Source of the DNA: Thermofilaceae archaeon
GTDB lineage: Archaea > Thermoproteota > Thermoprotei > Thermofilales > Thermofilaceae
DNA: 64,000 bases
Direction: 5' to 3'
Assembly (NCBI GenBank): GCA_038861545.1
Contig: JAWCCZ010000005.1
Coordinates: forward strand, 64,103-128,102
Made by a program: the position numbers and the translations under genes. Of the stretch, positions 38,558-48,852 are shown one piece after another (within the stretch, counting starts at the first letter, position 1; each line of letters begins with the position of its first letter). Under the pieces are notes generated by a model. It was not told the DNA's origin. It ran no database searches and saw only the letters and a program-made list of their open reading frames with translations.

Positions 38558-39871
38558 CTATTGTGCCTTTGCTGGAACTATATCTATGACGACGCCGGCG
38601 GCTACGGTCCTGCCGGAATCCCTTATGGCAAACCTACCCAACTGCGGCAACTCTGAGAACTTTTCGATAACCACGGGTTTTAGGGGTTTAAATCTCACAA
38701 TAGCGGCATCGCCTTGCTTAACGAATGGCGGATTCTCTTCTGCAGTCGCGCCGGTTCTTGGGTCTAGTTTCTTCTCTATAGCCGCAAATCTAACTGGAAC
38801 CGTAGCTGTGTGTACATGTAAGACGGGGGTGTAACCTGGTGCTATTGCAGTCGGATGGAAGAGGACGAATACTCTGCCCACGAATTCGTCGGCTACCGTC
38901 GGTGGGTTTGAGGCATGTCCAGCTACGTCGCCACGCCGCAGCTGGGCCCGCTCTACGCCTTTAACGTTGAAACCTATGTTATCACCGGGAATGGCTTCAT
39001 CTATCCTAGTATGGTGAGTCTCAATAGATTTAACTTCTCCTTTTACATTGGGGGGCATGAACACAACCACATCGTTTACCCGTAAAACACCGGTTTCGAT
39101 TCTACCCACTGGAACTGTGCCAATGCCCTTTATGGTGTAAACATCTTGAAGAGGTATTCTGAGCGGTTTGTCTATTGGTCTAACCGGTTCTTCAAACATA
39201 TCGAAAGCCTCGTATAAAGTTGGCCCGCTATACCACGGGGTTTTATCTTTGCTTAGGCTAACTATGTTGGCGCCTTCCCACGCTGATACAGGTATAAACT
39301 GCACCTTGTTTAAGTTGTAACCCACCATTCTCAGTAATTTCATAATACCACCTTTAACTTCATCATACCTTTGCTGGCTATAGTTGACTGTATCCATCTT
39401 GTTTATAGCAACCATTATCTGGTCTACTCCCATAGTTTTCGCTAAAAAGGCGTGCTCTCTAGTCTGACCACCCGGACTCATCCCTGCTTCATACTCGCCT
39501 TCTTTAGCGCTTACCACAAGGAGCGCACAGTCGGCTTGACTGGCTCCAGTTACCATGTTCTTCACGAAATCTCTATGACCAGGCGCATCTATTAGTGTAA
39601 AGAAGTATTTCTTAGATTCGAATTTATAGAATCCTAAATCTATTGTAATCCCCCTTTCACGCTCTTCTTTTAATCTATCCAGCACCCATGCATACTTAAA
39701 TGATTCCTTTCCAATTTTCTTTGCTTCCTCTTCATATTCTTTTATTATCCTTTCATCAATAGCTCTTATATCGTAAAGGAACCTACCCATTAGTGTAGAC
39801 TTTCCATGGTCAATATGCCCAATCACTACTAGGTTTAAATGGGGCTTTTTAGCTGCACTTGCCGAGCTCAT
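38558..39871 (-). CDS. tuf: Elongation factor 1-alpha
   Basis: GHIDHGKST, ERERGITID, DAPGHRDF, NKMD, LGRFAIRD. Confidence 0.98.
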   Translation of the reverse strand: MSSASAAKKPHLNLVVIGHIDHGKSTLMGRFLYDIRAIDERIIKEYEEEAKKIGKESFKYAWVLDRLKEERERGITIDLGFYKFESKKYFFTLIDAPGHRDFVKNMVTGASQADCALLVVSAKEGEYEAGMSPGGQTREHAFLAKTMGVDQIMVAINKMDTVNYSQQRYDEVKGGIMKLLRMVGYNLNKVQFIPVSAWEGANIVSLSKDKTPWYSGPTLYEAFDMFEEPVRPIDKPLRIPLQDVYTIKGIGTVPVGRIETGVLRVNDVVVFMPPNVKGEVKSIETHHTRIDEAIPGDNIGFNVKGVERAQLRRGDVAGHASNPPTVADEFVGRVFVLFHPTAIAPGYTPVLHVHTATVPVRFAAIEKKLDPRTGATAEENPPFVKQGDAAIVRFKPLKPVVIEKFSELPQLGRFAIRDSGRTVAAGVVIDIVPAKAQ

Positions 39872-39927
39872 AGCTTCACCTGCAAAGGTGATGGAAACAT
39901 GGGTTTAAGAATATTTCCCTAGCTTCG

Positions 39928-40422
39928 TTACACAGATTTCTTAAACAGCTCTAACAATCTATCTATAATGAACCCGGACCAAAAACTGTTCAAAACATAC
40001 CACGCGTAAAAGGGGATTTCAACGTAGCCTATCGGTGAAGCTATTAGACCTGCGGGAGCTGTACCTATAGCATCCCATAACACCTTAAACATTGCAAACC
40101 ATAAAGCAATACTAGCGATAGTCGATTTTAATCTTTCAATCCCTAGATCTCTTTTTAACTTATCTATTCTGGGTTTCTCTTTCATTATCTTTTCGTACAA
40201 TTTTCTATCGCGTAATTCCACAGCTTTACGTTTCCTCTCTTCCCACTCTTTAACCTCAGACTCTATTCTATTAACTATTTTCTTGTTAACTACAATAAAC
40301 CTAACTCCCCTCATCGTTATTACGATTAAGTAAATTAAAGCTGTAGCAGCCAGCGCCGCGTATCTGCTCTGTAACAAGGTGCTCATAACTACCCTCATGT
40401 ATTTGATAATTTCATCGTACAC
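39928..40422 (-). CDS. EMC3/TMCO1 (DUF106, Oxa1-superfamily)-like membrane protein
   Basis: TM, coiled coil, TM, TM layout; WYVLNSF motif; adjacent to rpl34e/cmk. Confidence 0.7.
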   Translation of the reverse strand: MYDEIIKYMRVVMSTLLQSRYAALAATALIYLIVITMRGVRFIVVNKKIVNRIESEVKEWEERKRKAVELRDRKLYEKIMKEKPRIDKLKRDLGIERLKSTIASIALWFAMFKVLWDAIGTAPAGLIASPIGYVEIPFYAWYVLNSFWSGFIIDRLLELFKKSV

Positions 40423-40490
40423 AGGTTAGTAGGTAACGCTGCTTTTTAAAGTGTGCATAGATTTTAAAACCCCATAACAAAGGGTGAGAG

Positions 40491-40760
40491 ATGCCTCGAC
40501 CAGCCCTAAGATCTCGAGCAGTGAAGAAAAAACTGGTTCGCACTCCGGGTGGAAGGTTAGTATTACATATACAAAGTAAAAAACACAAGCCTCCAAAGTG
40601 TGCCTTATGCAAAGTATCTCTCCATGGTTTTCCGCGAATGTCCTCAAAGGAAGAGCGGAGAGGGCATAGACCTCCTAATAGAATGTATGGAGGCTACCTT
40701 TGCGCGGATTGCCTGAGGAAAGCATTAAAAGCTGCGGTTGATGCTAGGTATCACTTTTAA
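40491..40760 (+). CDS. rpl34e: 50S ribosomal protein eL34
   Basis: MPRPALRSR, VRTPGG, CALC, PNRMYGGYLCADC. Confidence 0.97.
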   Translation: MPRPALRSRAVKKKLVRTPGGRLVLHIQSKKHKPPKCALCKVSLHGFPRMSSKEERRGHRPPNRMYGGYLCADCLRKALKAAVDARYHF

Positions 40761-40783
40761 GTTAATTAGTTACCTGGGGAATC

Positions 40784-41353
40784 ATGTTAAACAATCAGAG
40801 AAAAATTTCAATTGCAGTGAGTGGGAAACCGGGATCTGGTAAAACTACTTATGCTAAGTTTATATCTGAAAGCTTTGGTTTGCATTACGTATCTAATGGT
40901 ATGATTTTTAGAAACATAGCTGAAGAAAAAGGAATTAATTTTCTAGAGTTGCATAGACTGGCAGAGGTTGATGAAAGCATTGATTTAGAGGTTGATAAAA
41001 GGGCTTTAGAAGAAGCTAAAAAAGGTGGTGTAGTAATCGATGGGCATTTAGCCGTATGGATTTTAAGAAATGTAGCTGATCTAAAAATCCTCTTCACCGC
41101 GCCAGCTGAAGTGAGGGCTCAAAGAATTGCAAACCGCGAACAAAAGCGGCTTGAGGAGGTTATGACGGAGGTTAAAACTCGGGAGGAAAGTAATAAGTTA
41201 AGAGCTTTGAAGTACTATGGTGTTGATATAGACGACTATTCCATAGCTGATATTGTGATCAATACAGCAACTTTAGATGTGGAGGGTATAAAGAAAGTTG
41301 TTAGCTGCTTCATTAAAGAATATTTGCGCTTGAACCCAAGTAAAAGCCCTTAA
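40784..41353 (+). CDS. cmk: Cytidylate kinase (archaeal type)
   Basis: SGKPGSGKTT, G.IFR.IA, R.QRIA.RE, YYGVDIDD; follows rpl34e. Confidence 0.93.
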   Translation: MLNNQRKISIAVSGKPGSGKTTYAKFISESFGLHYVSNGMIFRNIAEEKGINFLELHRLAEVDESIDLEVDKRALEEAKKGGVVIDGHLAVWILRNVADLKILFTAPAEVRAQRIANREQKRLEEVMTEVKTREESNKLRALKYYGVDIDDYSIADIVINTATLDVEGIKKVVSCFIKEYLRLNPSKSP

Positions 41354-41404
41354 GGCGACAAGTTTATTTCCATAGCGAATGCGGCTTCTAGTACTTAAAC
41401 TCTG

Positions 41405-43618
41405 GTGGGTTTAATGGTAAAATTTCGGCAAGTAGAAGAAATAGAGAAAATCATGAGAAATATCGAGCAAGTTCGCAATATAGGTACGCTTGCTCACGTC
41501 GATCATGGCAAGACTACAACCTCTGATTCGCTGTTGATGGCTGCTGGAATGCTTAGCCCAAAAGTAGCCGGTAAGGCTTTGGCTTTGGATTACGTTGAGA
41601 TTGAACAGCTTAGACAAATGACAGTTAAAGCTGCTAATGTATCGCTTTATCACGAGTGGAGGGGTAAACCTTACGTAGTAAATCTAGTTGACACTCCTGG
41701 TCATGTAGATTTTACAGGCCATGTAACCAGGAGTCTTAGGATGATGGACGGTGGTTTAGTTGTAGTTGACGCGGTGGAGGGAGTTATGACCCAAACCGAA
41801 ACCGTTGTTCGACAAGCATTGAATGAGTATGTAAAACCACTACTCTTTATAAATAAAATAGATAGATTAATTAAAGAATTAAGATTAAATCCCAAAGAAA
41901 TTCAACAAAGATTTGTTGAAATAGTTAAAGATTTTAACATGCTGATTGAATTATATGCGGATCCAGAGTTTAAGGATTCGTGGAAAGTAGATTTCAGAAA
42001 AGGTCAGGTTGCCTTCGGAAGCGCCCTACATAAATGGGGACTTACTATCCCTATAGCAACAGAGAAAGGAGTAAAGTTTGACTATATAGTTGATGCGTAC
42101 GAAAAAGGATATTATGAGGAACTCTCTAAGGATTTTCCCCTGCACACAGCACTTCTAGACATGATAGTCGAACATACACCAAACCCCAAGCAAGCTCAAA
42201 AGTACAGGGTTCCTAAGTTATGGAAGGGCGATTTGAACAGCGAAATCGGTAAGGCGATGCTTGAATGCGATCCCAGTGGACCCTTAGTTGTTGCTGTAAG
42301 CAAGGTTATAGCTGATCCTCATGCAGGTTTCGTTGCTACAGGCAGAGTATTCAGTGGTACTGCACGTCAAGGTGATGAAGTTTGGTTAGTTAACTCTAAA
42401 TCCAGTGCTAGAATACTGCAGGTTAGCCTATACATGGGTCCCTATAGAGAGAAAGTTGATGAGGTGACAGCCGGTAACATCGTCGCTGTCCTAGGGCCTG
42501 ATAAAGCCAGGGCCGGTGAAACATTGGTTAGCTCCATGTATAAAGATAGCATGGTGCCTTTCGAAAGAATGAGTTATATTAGTGAGCCTGTCGTAACAAT
42601 TGCTATAGAACCTAAGCATAGCAGTGATCTTCCTAAGCTCATCGATGCACTCAGGAAACTGGCAGTTGAAGATCCGACATTAAAGGTGCATATAAATGAG
42701 GAAACTGGTGAATATCTAATCAGTGGTATGGGTACCCTACACTTGGAGATAGTTCTATGGGATCTTAATCAGAGAACAGGCCTGGAGGTTACTACTTCTC
42801 AGCCAATCGTAAGGTATAGGGAAACAGTCAGAAAGAAGAGCAATGTATTTGAAGGTAAGTCGCCTAATAAACATAATAGGTTGTATATATGTGTCGAGCC
42901 ACTTAATGAGGATACACTAAAGCTTCTCCAGGAGGGTAAAGTGTACGCTGATCAAGAATGGAGAGAACGCGCAAGACTACTCAGAGAATATGCTGGCTGG
43001 GACACCGATGAGGCAAGAGGTATATGGGATATAGATGAAAATTTCAACATCTTCGTAAATAGAACAAGTGGTATACAGTATCTTCGTGAAGTAGCTGATA
43101 CAATTGTACAGGGTTTCAGATGGTCAATGGAAGCTGGACCTTTGGCACAGGAACCGGTCAGAGGAGTAAAGATTCTACTAATGGATGCGCAACTGCATGA
43201 GGATCCAGCTCACAGAGGTCCTGCTCAAATTATGCCAGCAACTAAAAACGCCATTTTTGCTAGCTTTCTCGATGCAGCTCCAACACTTCTGGAACCCTTA
43301 ATGAAAATAGAGGTAAGAGTTCCGCAGGAATGGTTAAGCGGGGTTCTAAATGTCTTGAACAGGCATAGAGGCAAGGTTGTAAGTTTAGAGCAAAGAGGTA
43401 TGTTGATGCGTATATTAGGAGAAATCCCAATTAGTGAAACTTTCAACTTAGCTGACGAAATGCGTGAAGCTACCCAAGGTAGAGCCTTCTGGGCCACGGA
43501 ATTCGAGCGATGGTCACCTATACCCCAAGCTACCCTCAACGACTTAATAATTAGTATACGAAAAAGCAAAGGCTTACCGCCTAGAATACCTACAGTCGAG
43601 GACTTCCTTTCCCCTTAA
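41405..43618 (+). CDS. fusA: Elongation factor 2
   Basis: AHVDHGKTT, DTPGHVDF, NKID, diphthamide loop LHEDPAHRGPAQ. Confidence 0.98.
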   Translation: MGLMVKFRQVEEIEKIMRNIEQVRNIGTLAHVDHGKTTTSDSLLMAAGMLSPKVAGKALALDYVEIEQLRQMTVKAANVSLYHEWRGKPYVVNLVDTPGHVDFTGHVTRSLRMMDGGLVVVDAVEGVMTQTETVVRQALNEYVKPLLFINKIDRLIKELRLNPKEIQQRFVEIVKDFNMLIELYADPEFKDSWKVDFRKGQVAFGSALHKWGLTIPIATEKGVKFDYIVDAYEKGYYEELSKDFPLHTALLDMIVEHTPNPKQAQKYRVPKLWKGDLNSEIGKAMLECDPSGPLVVAVSKVIADPHAGFVATGRVFSGTARQGDEVWLVNSKSSARILQVSLYMGPYREKVDEVTAGNIVAVLGPDKARAGETLVSSMYKDSMVPFERMSYISEPVVTIAIEPKHSSDLPKLIDALRKLAVEDPTLKVHINEETGEYLISGMGTLHLEIVLWDLNQRTGLEVTTSQPIVRYRETVRKKSNVFEGKSPNKHNRLYICVEPLNEDTLKLLQEGKVYADQEWRERARLLREYAGWDTDEARGIWDIDENFNIFVNRTSGIQYLREVADTIVQGFRWSMEAGPLAQEPVRGVKILLMDAQLHEDPAHRGPAQIMPATKNAIFASFLDAAPTLLEPLMKIEVRVPQEWLSGVLNVLNRHRGKVVSLEQRGMLMRILGEIPISETFNLADEMREATQGRAFWATEFERWSPIPQATLNDLIISIRKSKGLPPRIPTVEDFLSP

Positions 43619-43694
43619 TCGGTATTTTTACTTTTAACAACCATAACATAGGATAAATGATATATTAGAATCAGTATACTTAGTATCCACATAG

Positions 43695-43787
43695 CGGGCC
43701 CGCCGGGACTTGAACCCGGGTTCTCCGGCTCCGAAGGCTTGCGCCCCGTTAACGGGTCGACGCCTTTCCAAGCTAGGCCACGGGCCC
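43695..43787 (-). tRNA. tRNA-Arg(TCG) with 19-nt intron at 29/30 (43739-43757)
   Basis: Acceptor GGGCCCG/CGGGCCC; splicing out ACCCGTTAACGGGGCGCAA gives TCGGC-CTTCGGA-GCCGG; BHB central helix GCGT/GCGC and outer helix CCCG/CGGG. Confidence 0.93.
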
Positions 43788-43936
43788 CCAGCCTAATCCA
43801 TGGTAAATTTGCTTTAAAGTTATTTTGCTATAATATTGAAAACCCCTTTTGGTGCGCAATTTTATCGCTGGTAGGATTATTAATCAAAGGTAATTATTTA
43901 AAAGGTATGTTCTAAGTAGGGGGTTGGTGCTCCCAA

Positions 43937-44155
43937 ATGGCTTCAACTATAGCGTTGTTAAAAAATTCGCTTAATAAACAAGTGCTTGTGAAACTAAAAG
44001 GCGGTAGAGAAATCAGGGGCATTCTTCGGGGCTTTGACCAGCATCTCAACTTAATATTAGAGGAGGCAGAAGAAAGCAGAGAAGGACAAAGCCGTAGGTT
44101 TGACTACATGCTAGTACGCGGAGATAACGTTATATTGATTAGTCCAGCGCCGTGA
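43937..44155 (+). CDS. Sm-like archaeal protein (SmAP1)
   Basis: VLVKLKGGREIRGIL.GFDQHLNLIL, VRGDNVILISP; upstream of rpl37e. Confidence 0.96.
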   Translation: MASTIALLKNSLNKQVLVKLKGGREIRGILRGFDQHLNLILEEAEESREGQSRRFDYMLVRGDNVILISPAP

Positions 44156-44188
44156 ATGTATTTGACTGTAATAGCCTAATATAGGTGA

Positions 44189-44383
44189 ATGGATATGGTT
44201 AAAGGTACTACATCCTTCGGTAAAAGGGGAAGGAAAAAAACACATATCAGATGCAGGCGTTGCGGTAGACACAGTTATAATATTAGGAAACATTACTGTG
44301 CAGCATGCGGTTTTGGGCGTTCAAGCCGATTAAGGATATATTCATGGCAAAATAAAAAAGTAAACCGTGTTAGGATTAAGTAG
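44189..44383 (+). CDS. rpl37e: 50S ribosomal protein eL37
   Basis: [26 protein letters not shown]. Confidence 0.97.
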   Translation: MDMVKGTTSFGKRGRKKTHIRCRRCGRHSYNIRKHYCAACGFGRSSRLRIYSWQNKKVNRVRIK

Positions 44384-44385
44384 AG

Positions 44386-44823
44386 TTGAAGATGCTAGTA
44401 CGTATACGAGTTGAAGTTCGACCTACAGAAGATATAGATAAGGTCGCTAAAGCTGTTCAAAACTTGTTTGAGATTAACTTGAGAGAAGAAAATCATGGTA
44501 ATTATAAGGCTCTAGTTGGTGAAGGGGGTAGCGAGGCACTGGTAAAGTTTAGGCGATTATTGTTCGAGCATCATATACTTGATTCCGCTAGACACTTTAT
44601 GTTGAACGGCCTAAGTGACCATGGATTTGTTTTTTATTTAAATAAACAGGCTGCTTACTGCGGTAAGCCAAACTTTTGTACATTTGAAGCTAGTGAAAGT
44701 CCACTCGGCCCAATTATCGTAGAAGTAATCACTGATAATCCAAAAACTGTCATATTATGGTTAGCACCAAGAACTGTTCATGGTGAACCAATTATAGAAA
44801 TTGAGAAAATACCTGACCCCTAA
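44386..44823 (+). CDS. UPF0201/DUF54 RNA-binding domain protein
   Basis: VRPTEDIDKV.KA, ILDSAR, LNKQAA, ESPLGPI. Confidence 0.9.
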   Translation: MKMLVRIRVEVRPTEDIDKVAKAVQNLFEINLREENHGNYKALVGEGGSEALVKFRRLLFEHHILDSARHFMLNGLSDHGFVFYLNKQAAYCGKPNFCTFEASESPLGPIIVEVITDNPKTVILWLAPRTVHGEPIIEIEKIPDP

Positions 44824-45821
44824 TAGTTGCTTAAATCTAAAAAAGTAGTGATAAGAGATTCTTCATCTTGCCGCCTTATTATCAGCTTCAAAAGATCCCT
44901 ACTTAGATAAGTTCCTTCAAAAACTTGTCTGGCCTCCTGCAACAACAAGTCTAGGTTCTTGTATCTGTTACTGAAATGTTTCAAGATAAGTACCTTCGCT
45001 TTTGCGACAGATGCTGCATGAGCAGCTTCTAGCGCTGTAGAGTGCCCACTCAAATAAGCCTCAATTCCATTATGTGATGAGAATGTAGCCTCATGAATGA
45101 TTACGTCCGCTTTACTGGATGCTTCTATCAACTCAACACAAGGCATAGTATCGCCACTGTATACAATCTTAAGACCTCTTCTAGGAGGTCCTACAACTTC
45201 TGAGGGTTCAACCACTCTCCCTGAATGTAATTTCACTTTTTTTCCAGCTAGAAGTTGCCGTCGGATTGGGCCAGCCGGTATACCTAATTCTTTAGCCTTT
45301 TCCTCGCTGAATTTACCTGGCAGGTCATGCTCGAGAATTATAAATGCAAAAGAGTTTATTGTATGCCTAACGGGAATAGTTATAACGTCGTACCCATTAC
45401 CGTACATAACTACTCCAGGCTTTAACGTCTCCACAACAAGCTCGTAACCTAGGTCTTCACTAAAAACTGCGTGTTCAATGAAATCCTCTATCCCAGTAGG
45501 TCCCAATACTTTTAGAGGTGAGGTTCTTCCCCACATCCCTAACGACTCGAGTAAACCCGGTAACCCGTAAAGGTGATCACCATGAAGATGCGTTATTAAA
45601 ATCGCCACCAAACGGTTTACTTTTAACCCGGCTTTCAAGATCCTGTACTGAACTCCTTCCCCACAGTCAAGCAATAAAAAATCACCGCGAATTTTTACCA
45701 AGAGTCCCGGCAACCACCTTTCTCCAATAGGCGTCGCTGAGCCAGTGCCTATGAATACCAGCTCGGCGTAGCCTGGAGCGCCACTAACTATTTTCCAGTT
45801 TTTTCCTGTTCTAATAGGCAT
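44820..45821 (-). CDS. rnz: Ribonuclease Z
   Basis: GTGSATP, DCGEG, THLHGDH, exosite GIPAGP, YSGDT, HEATF, HST, HFSNRY. Confidence 0.96.
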   Translation of the reverse strand: MPIRTGKNWKIVSGAPGYAELVFIGTGSATPIGERWLPGLLVKIRGDFLLLDCGEGVQYRILKAGLKVNRLVAILITHLHGDHLYGLPGLLESLGMWGRTSPLKVLGPTGIEDFIEHAVFSEDLGYELVVETLKPGVVMYGNGYDVITIPVRHTINSFAFIILEHDLPGKFSEEKAKELGIPAGPIRRQLLAGKKVKLHSGRVVEPSEVVGPPRRGLKIVYSGDTMPCVELIEASSKADVIIHEATFSSHNGIEAYLSGHSTALEAAHAASVAKAKVLILKHFSNRYKNLDLLLQEARQVFEGTYLSRDLLKLIIRRQDEESLITTFLDLSNY

Positions 45822-45942
45822 TCTGCATCCTCACAGCTACGACTTTTCCTCACAATTATGTGTAATGATGTGAAATACTTGTTTTTATCTAATTAACAGT
45901 TTAATTTATTCATAGTTTATTCATCTCATCCCTTGAAATATT

Positions 45943-46980
45943 TTAACCCGATAGTAGGCATACTATTCTAGTTAATCCTCCATGAACATATATACTGTAT
46001 TCCTCGAAAATCTTAGATTTAGCTGAGTAAAGCTGAGAGAAATATTCCTTGGGTCTCATAAATACCGTAAAGCCACTTTTTTTAATAATGCTACTTGATA
46101 AATTTAGTAAGCACTTCTGTAAGGTTTGGGCACTTGCACCGCGTGTTGTCGCTAATTTTCCATACGGAGGATCAGTTGAAATGGCATCAAAGGATTCTTG
46201 ACGAAAAGGGGGTTTCCTGGCATCACCAACTATTACGTTGCATAAAGCATCAACGGAGAAGAGTTTCATGTTCGACCAACAACCTTTAACCGCCTCTATA
46301 CTAACATCAAGCCCCACAGCCTCTATACCCTTAAGTGCTGTCTCGGCAAGAACAGTACCTGTACCGCAAAAGGGATCTAACAATAACCTGGGTTCACCAG
46401 TCAGATTTACGAGAAGTCTTGCATCTTCTGGAGTCAACGAGGCTGGATGTCTGAACACTTTAAATTTGTTTGACCGCAGCCTAAATCTATCTCCTCTAGG
46501 CCTTAACGCCTGAACACCTATTACTGCGGCATCTGGTGCACAGATAAGCCGGACATGAACATCTGGATTAGATAGATTAACATTACAATGTCCATTACAA
46601 GCTGAATGCACGGCTTTCGCTATGTTAACTATTAATTCAGTAGATGGTGTTGAAGGAAAACCATCAATTTTTTTCACACTAACAGCAAACGTTTTTCCAG
46701 CTATCTCACTCCACTCTGAGTTACAGCCTAATTCATAGTAAAAACTCGCCTCAGGTTGTGGATAGTTTGTCCAGGCTTTCCCAAAGAGGACTTCCTGAAT
46801 ATAAACACACTCGTAAAGCTTAGCCAAAGCATGCCTAAGACACGTGCTTTCTAACTCAATTAAGCCTATTCTTTTTCCAATTCTTCTCACATTACATCCG
46901 AGTGTTTTTTCCGTTTCGCGTATACCTAGATCTGGTACAGAGCCGGAAACTACTATGGTTAAAAGAGCCATTTTAGGCAT
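45943..46980 (-). CDS. THUMP-domain RNA methyltransferase (Trm11/TrmG10-like)
   Basis: TFAVSVKK, VNLSNPD, LDPFCGTG, TDPPYG, YVHGGLTR. Confidence 0.88.
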   Translation of the reverse strand: MPKMALLTIVVSGSVPDLGIRETEKTLGCNVRRIGKRIGLIELESTCLRHALAKLYECVYIQEVLFGKAWTNYPQPEASFYYELGCNSEWSEIAGKTFAVSVKKIDGFPSTPSTELIVNIAKAVHSACNGHCNVNLSNPDVHVRLICAPDAAVIGVQALRPRGDRFRLRSNKFKVFRHPASLTPEDARLLVNLTGEPRLLLDPFCGTGTVLAETALKGIEAVGLDVSIEAVKGCWSNMKLFSVDALCNVIVGDARKPPFRQESFDAISTDPPYGKLATTRGASAQTLQKCLLNLSSSIIKKSGFTVFMRPKEYFSQLYSAKSKIFEEYSIYVHGGLTRIVCLLSG

Positions 46981-46983
46981 CCT

Positions 46984-48066
46984 TTAAAGCGTCCTCTTTA
47001 CCGTAAAACTGCTTACAATAGGTCGAGCTGCGACTAGGATTGATAATATTATTAACGTTATAATTATCCAAAGCAGCATTGTAAGTATACTACCTGATCC
47101 AGTTAATAGCTTTGAATACTCCAATAATATTTGCCTTAAAAGGACCGTAAGAGCTACGGCCCCATAATCACTTGCGCTAAGCCTCTTATTCCCAAGAATT
47201 GCCTCGAGCATCTGGGCTGCTAGAGGTAAGAGTAGCGATACTATTAGAAGATCTAATACTAATATTTGCTCGCCCACGTTGGACAGCAGGAAATATCCTA
47301 TAGCCTCGAACCCGTTCAGACCGCTTAATCTACTTATGCTGGCAAAACCGGCTGCTAAAGCAAATGCTGTTATAAGCAGGGAAGCCAAAAGAGAAGCGAA
47401 AATCACGGGTGATGATTTATATGTATTCTTGATAAATTCATCAAGTGAAAAGCCTTTTATGGCCATACCTAACCCTAAGGCGAGTAATGTAAATGGCCAT
47501 ACATAGCTAGGCATCGCAAAGGATAGAAAAACATAAAGCGATACGAGTGCTCCTGGCACACCAAGCGCATACTTCTTATACTTCTCTTCTTCAAATAAAC
47601 GTTTTACATACCTAAGTACCAGTAGAAATGACTCCTCCACACCCCTTGATTGTTGAACAACCACACGGTGTATAGACAACACGGGTAGTCTAGACTGGAT
47701 TACCGGAAGAACCAGTTCATCTGTGGGACCGTCGGATACTAACACGACTGTGTCAAACTTTTTCGCAGAAAGAAGTTGATCTAGTTCTCCAGCTATTTTT
47801 GTATCTGCCTTTATCCCTTCATCCCTATGCCCTGCTATCAGCGCTACTTCAACTTGTTCAAATTCATTTTTTAATTCACTGTAAATTTTCAATGCCGCGA
47901 ACATAGCGTTTGAATCTGAATCATCAGGACGCTTAATAGCGAACTTTGTAGCCGCCTCCCTGAAAGGCTCTTCTCCCATTATAGGGGTTGCCACGCCCGC
48001 GATTTCCCCTACATCATTATCTCGGTCTACGCATAATACTAATACAGATCTGGCTTTCCCAATCAT
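46984..48066 (-). CDS. DUF373 family membrane protein
   Basis: LVLCVDRDND, PDDSDSN, VSDGPTDE, VVVQQSRGVE, C-terminal TMs. Confidence 0.92.
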   Translation of the reverse strand: MIGKARSVLVLCVDRDNDVGEIAGVATPIMGEEPFREAATKFAIKRPDDSDSNAMFAALKIYSELKNEFEQVEVALIAGHRDEGIKADTKIAGELDQLLSAKKFDTVVLVSDGPTDELVLPVIQSRLPVLSIHRVVVQQSRGVEESFLLVLRYVKRLFEEEKYKKYALGVPGALVSLYVFLSFAMPSYVWPFTLLALGLGMAIKGFSLDEFIKNTYKSSPVIFASLLASLLITAFALAAGFASISRLSGLNGFEAIGYFLLSNVGEQILVLDLLIVSLLLPLAAQMLEAILGNKRLSASDYGAVALTVLLRQILLEYSKLLTGSGSILTMLLWIIITLIILSILVAARPIVSSFTVKRTL

Positions 48067-48123
48067 TCAGTATTGGAAGTGCCGGTGCTTAATCTTAAAA
48101 ATATCTACTTATAGCTCTTATTT

Positions 48124-48852
48124 ATGACGACCGTGATTTTCTCAACTGCAAGCTCATCTCGAGCACCAATTAAGCTGGCAGTTGAAGACGCGGATGTATT
48201 ACTTTTCAGTATGAGATTTGATGGATTATTAACAGCCACTCATAGACGCTTAATACTGGGGGCTTTAGCTTCTTATCTGGGAGATAAGCTAACTGTGAGC
48301 ATCTTGGAGAGTTTAGCTCCCTGTCCAGTCTATTCGATCTTTAGATGGTTAAAGTTCTTCTTCAAAGATGAGATCGACGAACCCCCGGTTACGTATCAGT
48401 TAATACCATATATGCCGGTTACGAGCACTCTTCCCGTCATCTATTCGCTAGTCGATCTGCTTGACACAGTTATAGTCGAGGTCCCTCCTAGCTATGATAC
48501 TCGCTCCTTTGAAAACGTTGAAAAGGCGTGCCGTAGTCAGGGCATAAATTTCGAGTTACGTCAACGACCCTTAACTCTTACTGAAACATATCGACCTTGC
48601 GTCTCTCGGACTTCTGAGGATCTTCTTTCAGCTCTAGGTGATTTCAGAGAAGTTGCCCTCGGAATACTTAAAGAGGTTCTCGAAAGTGGTGGTGCCGTAA
48701 TGGCAAGAGTGCTGCTTGATCTTCTTAATAGTACTCATTTAATGGTTTTTAAATACCTGATAGCATTTGATTTCCTTCGAGCGCAACCAACTCAGAGTGG
48801 ACTTATTTTTTATTTAACTAGAAAGGGACTTGAAGCAATTATGGGGCATTAA
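48124..48852 (+). CDS. Hypothetical protein, possible C-terminal winged helix
   Basis: 242-aa ORF filling the gap; ends in FYLTRKGLEA, a wHTH wing-like motif. Confidence 0.6.
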   Translation: MTTVIFSTASSSRAPIKLAVEDADVLLFSMRFDGLLTATHRRLILGALASYLGDKLTVSILESLAPCPVYSIFRWLKFFFKDEIDEPPVTYQLIPYMPVTSTLPVIYSLVDLLDTVIVEVPPSYDTRSFENVEKACRSQGINFELRQRPLTLTETYRPCVSRTSEDLLSALGDFREVALGILKEVLESGGAVMARVLLDLLNSTHLMVFKYLIAFDFLRAQPTQSGLIFYLTRKGLEAIMGH

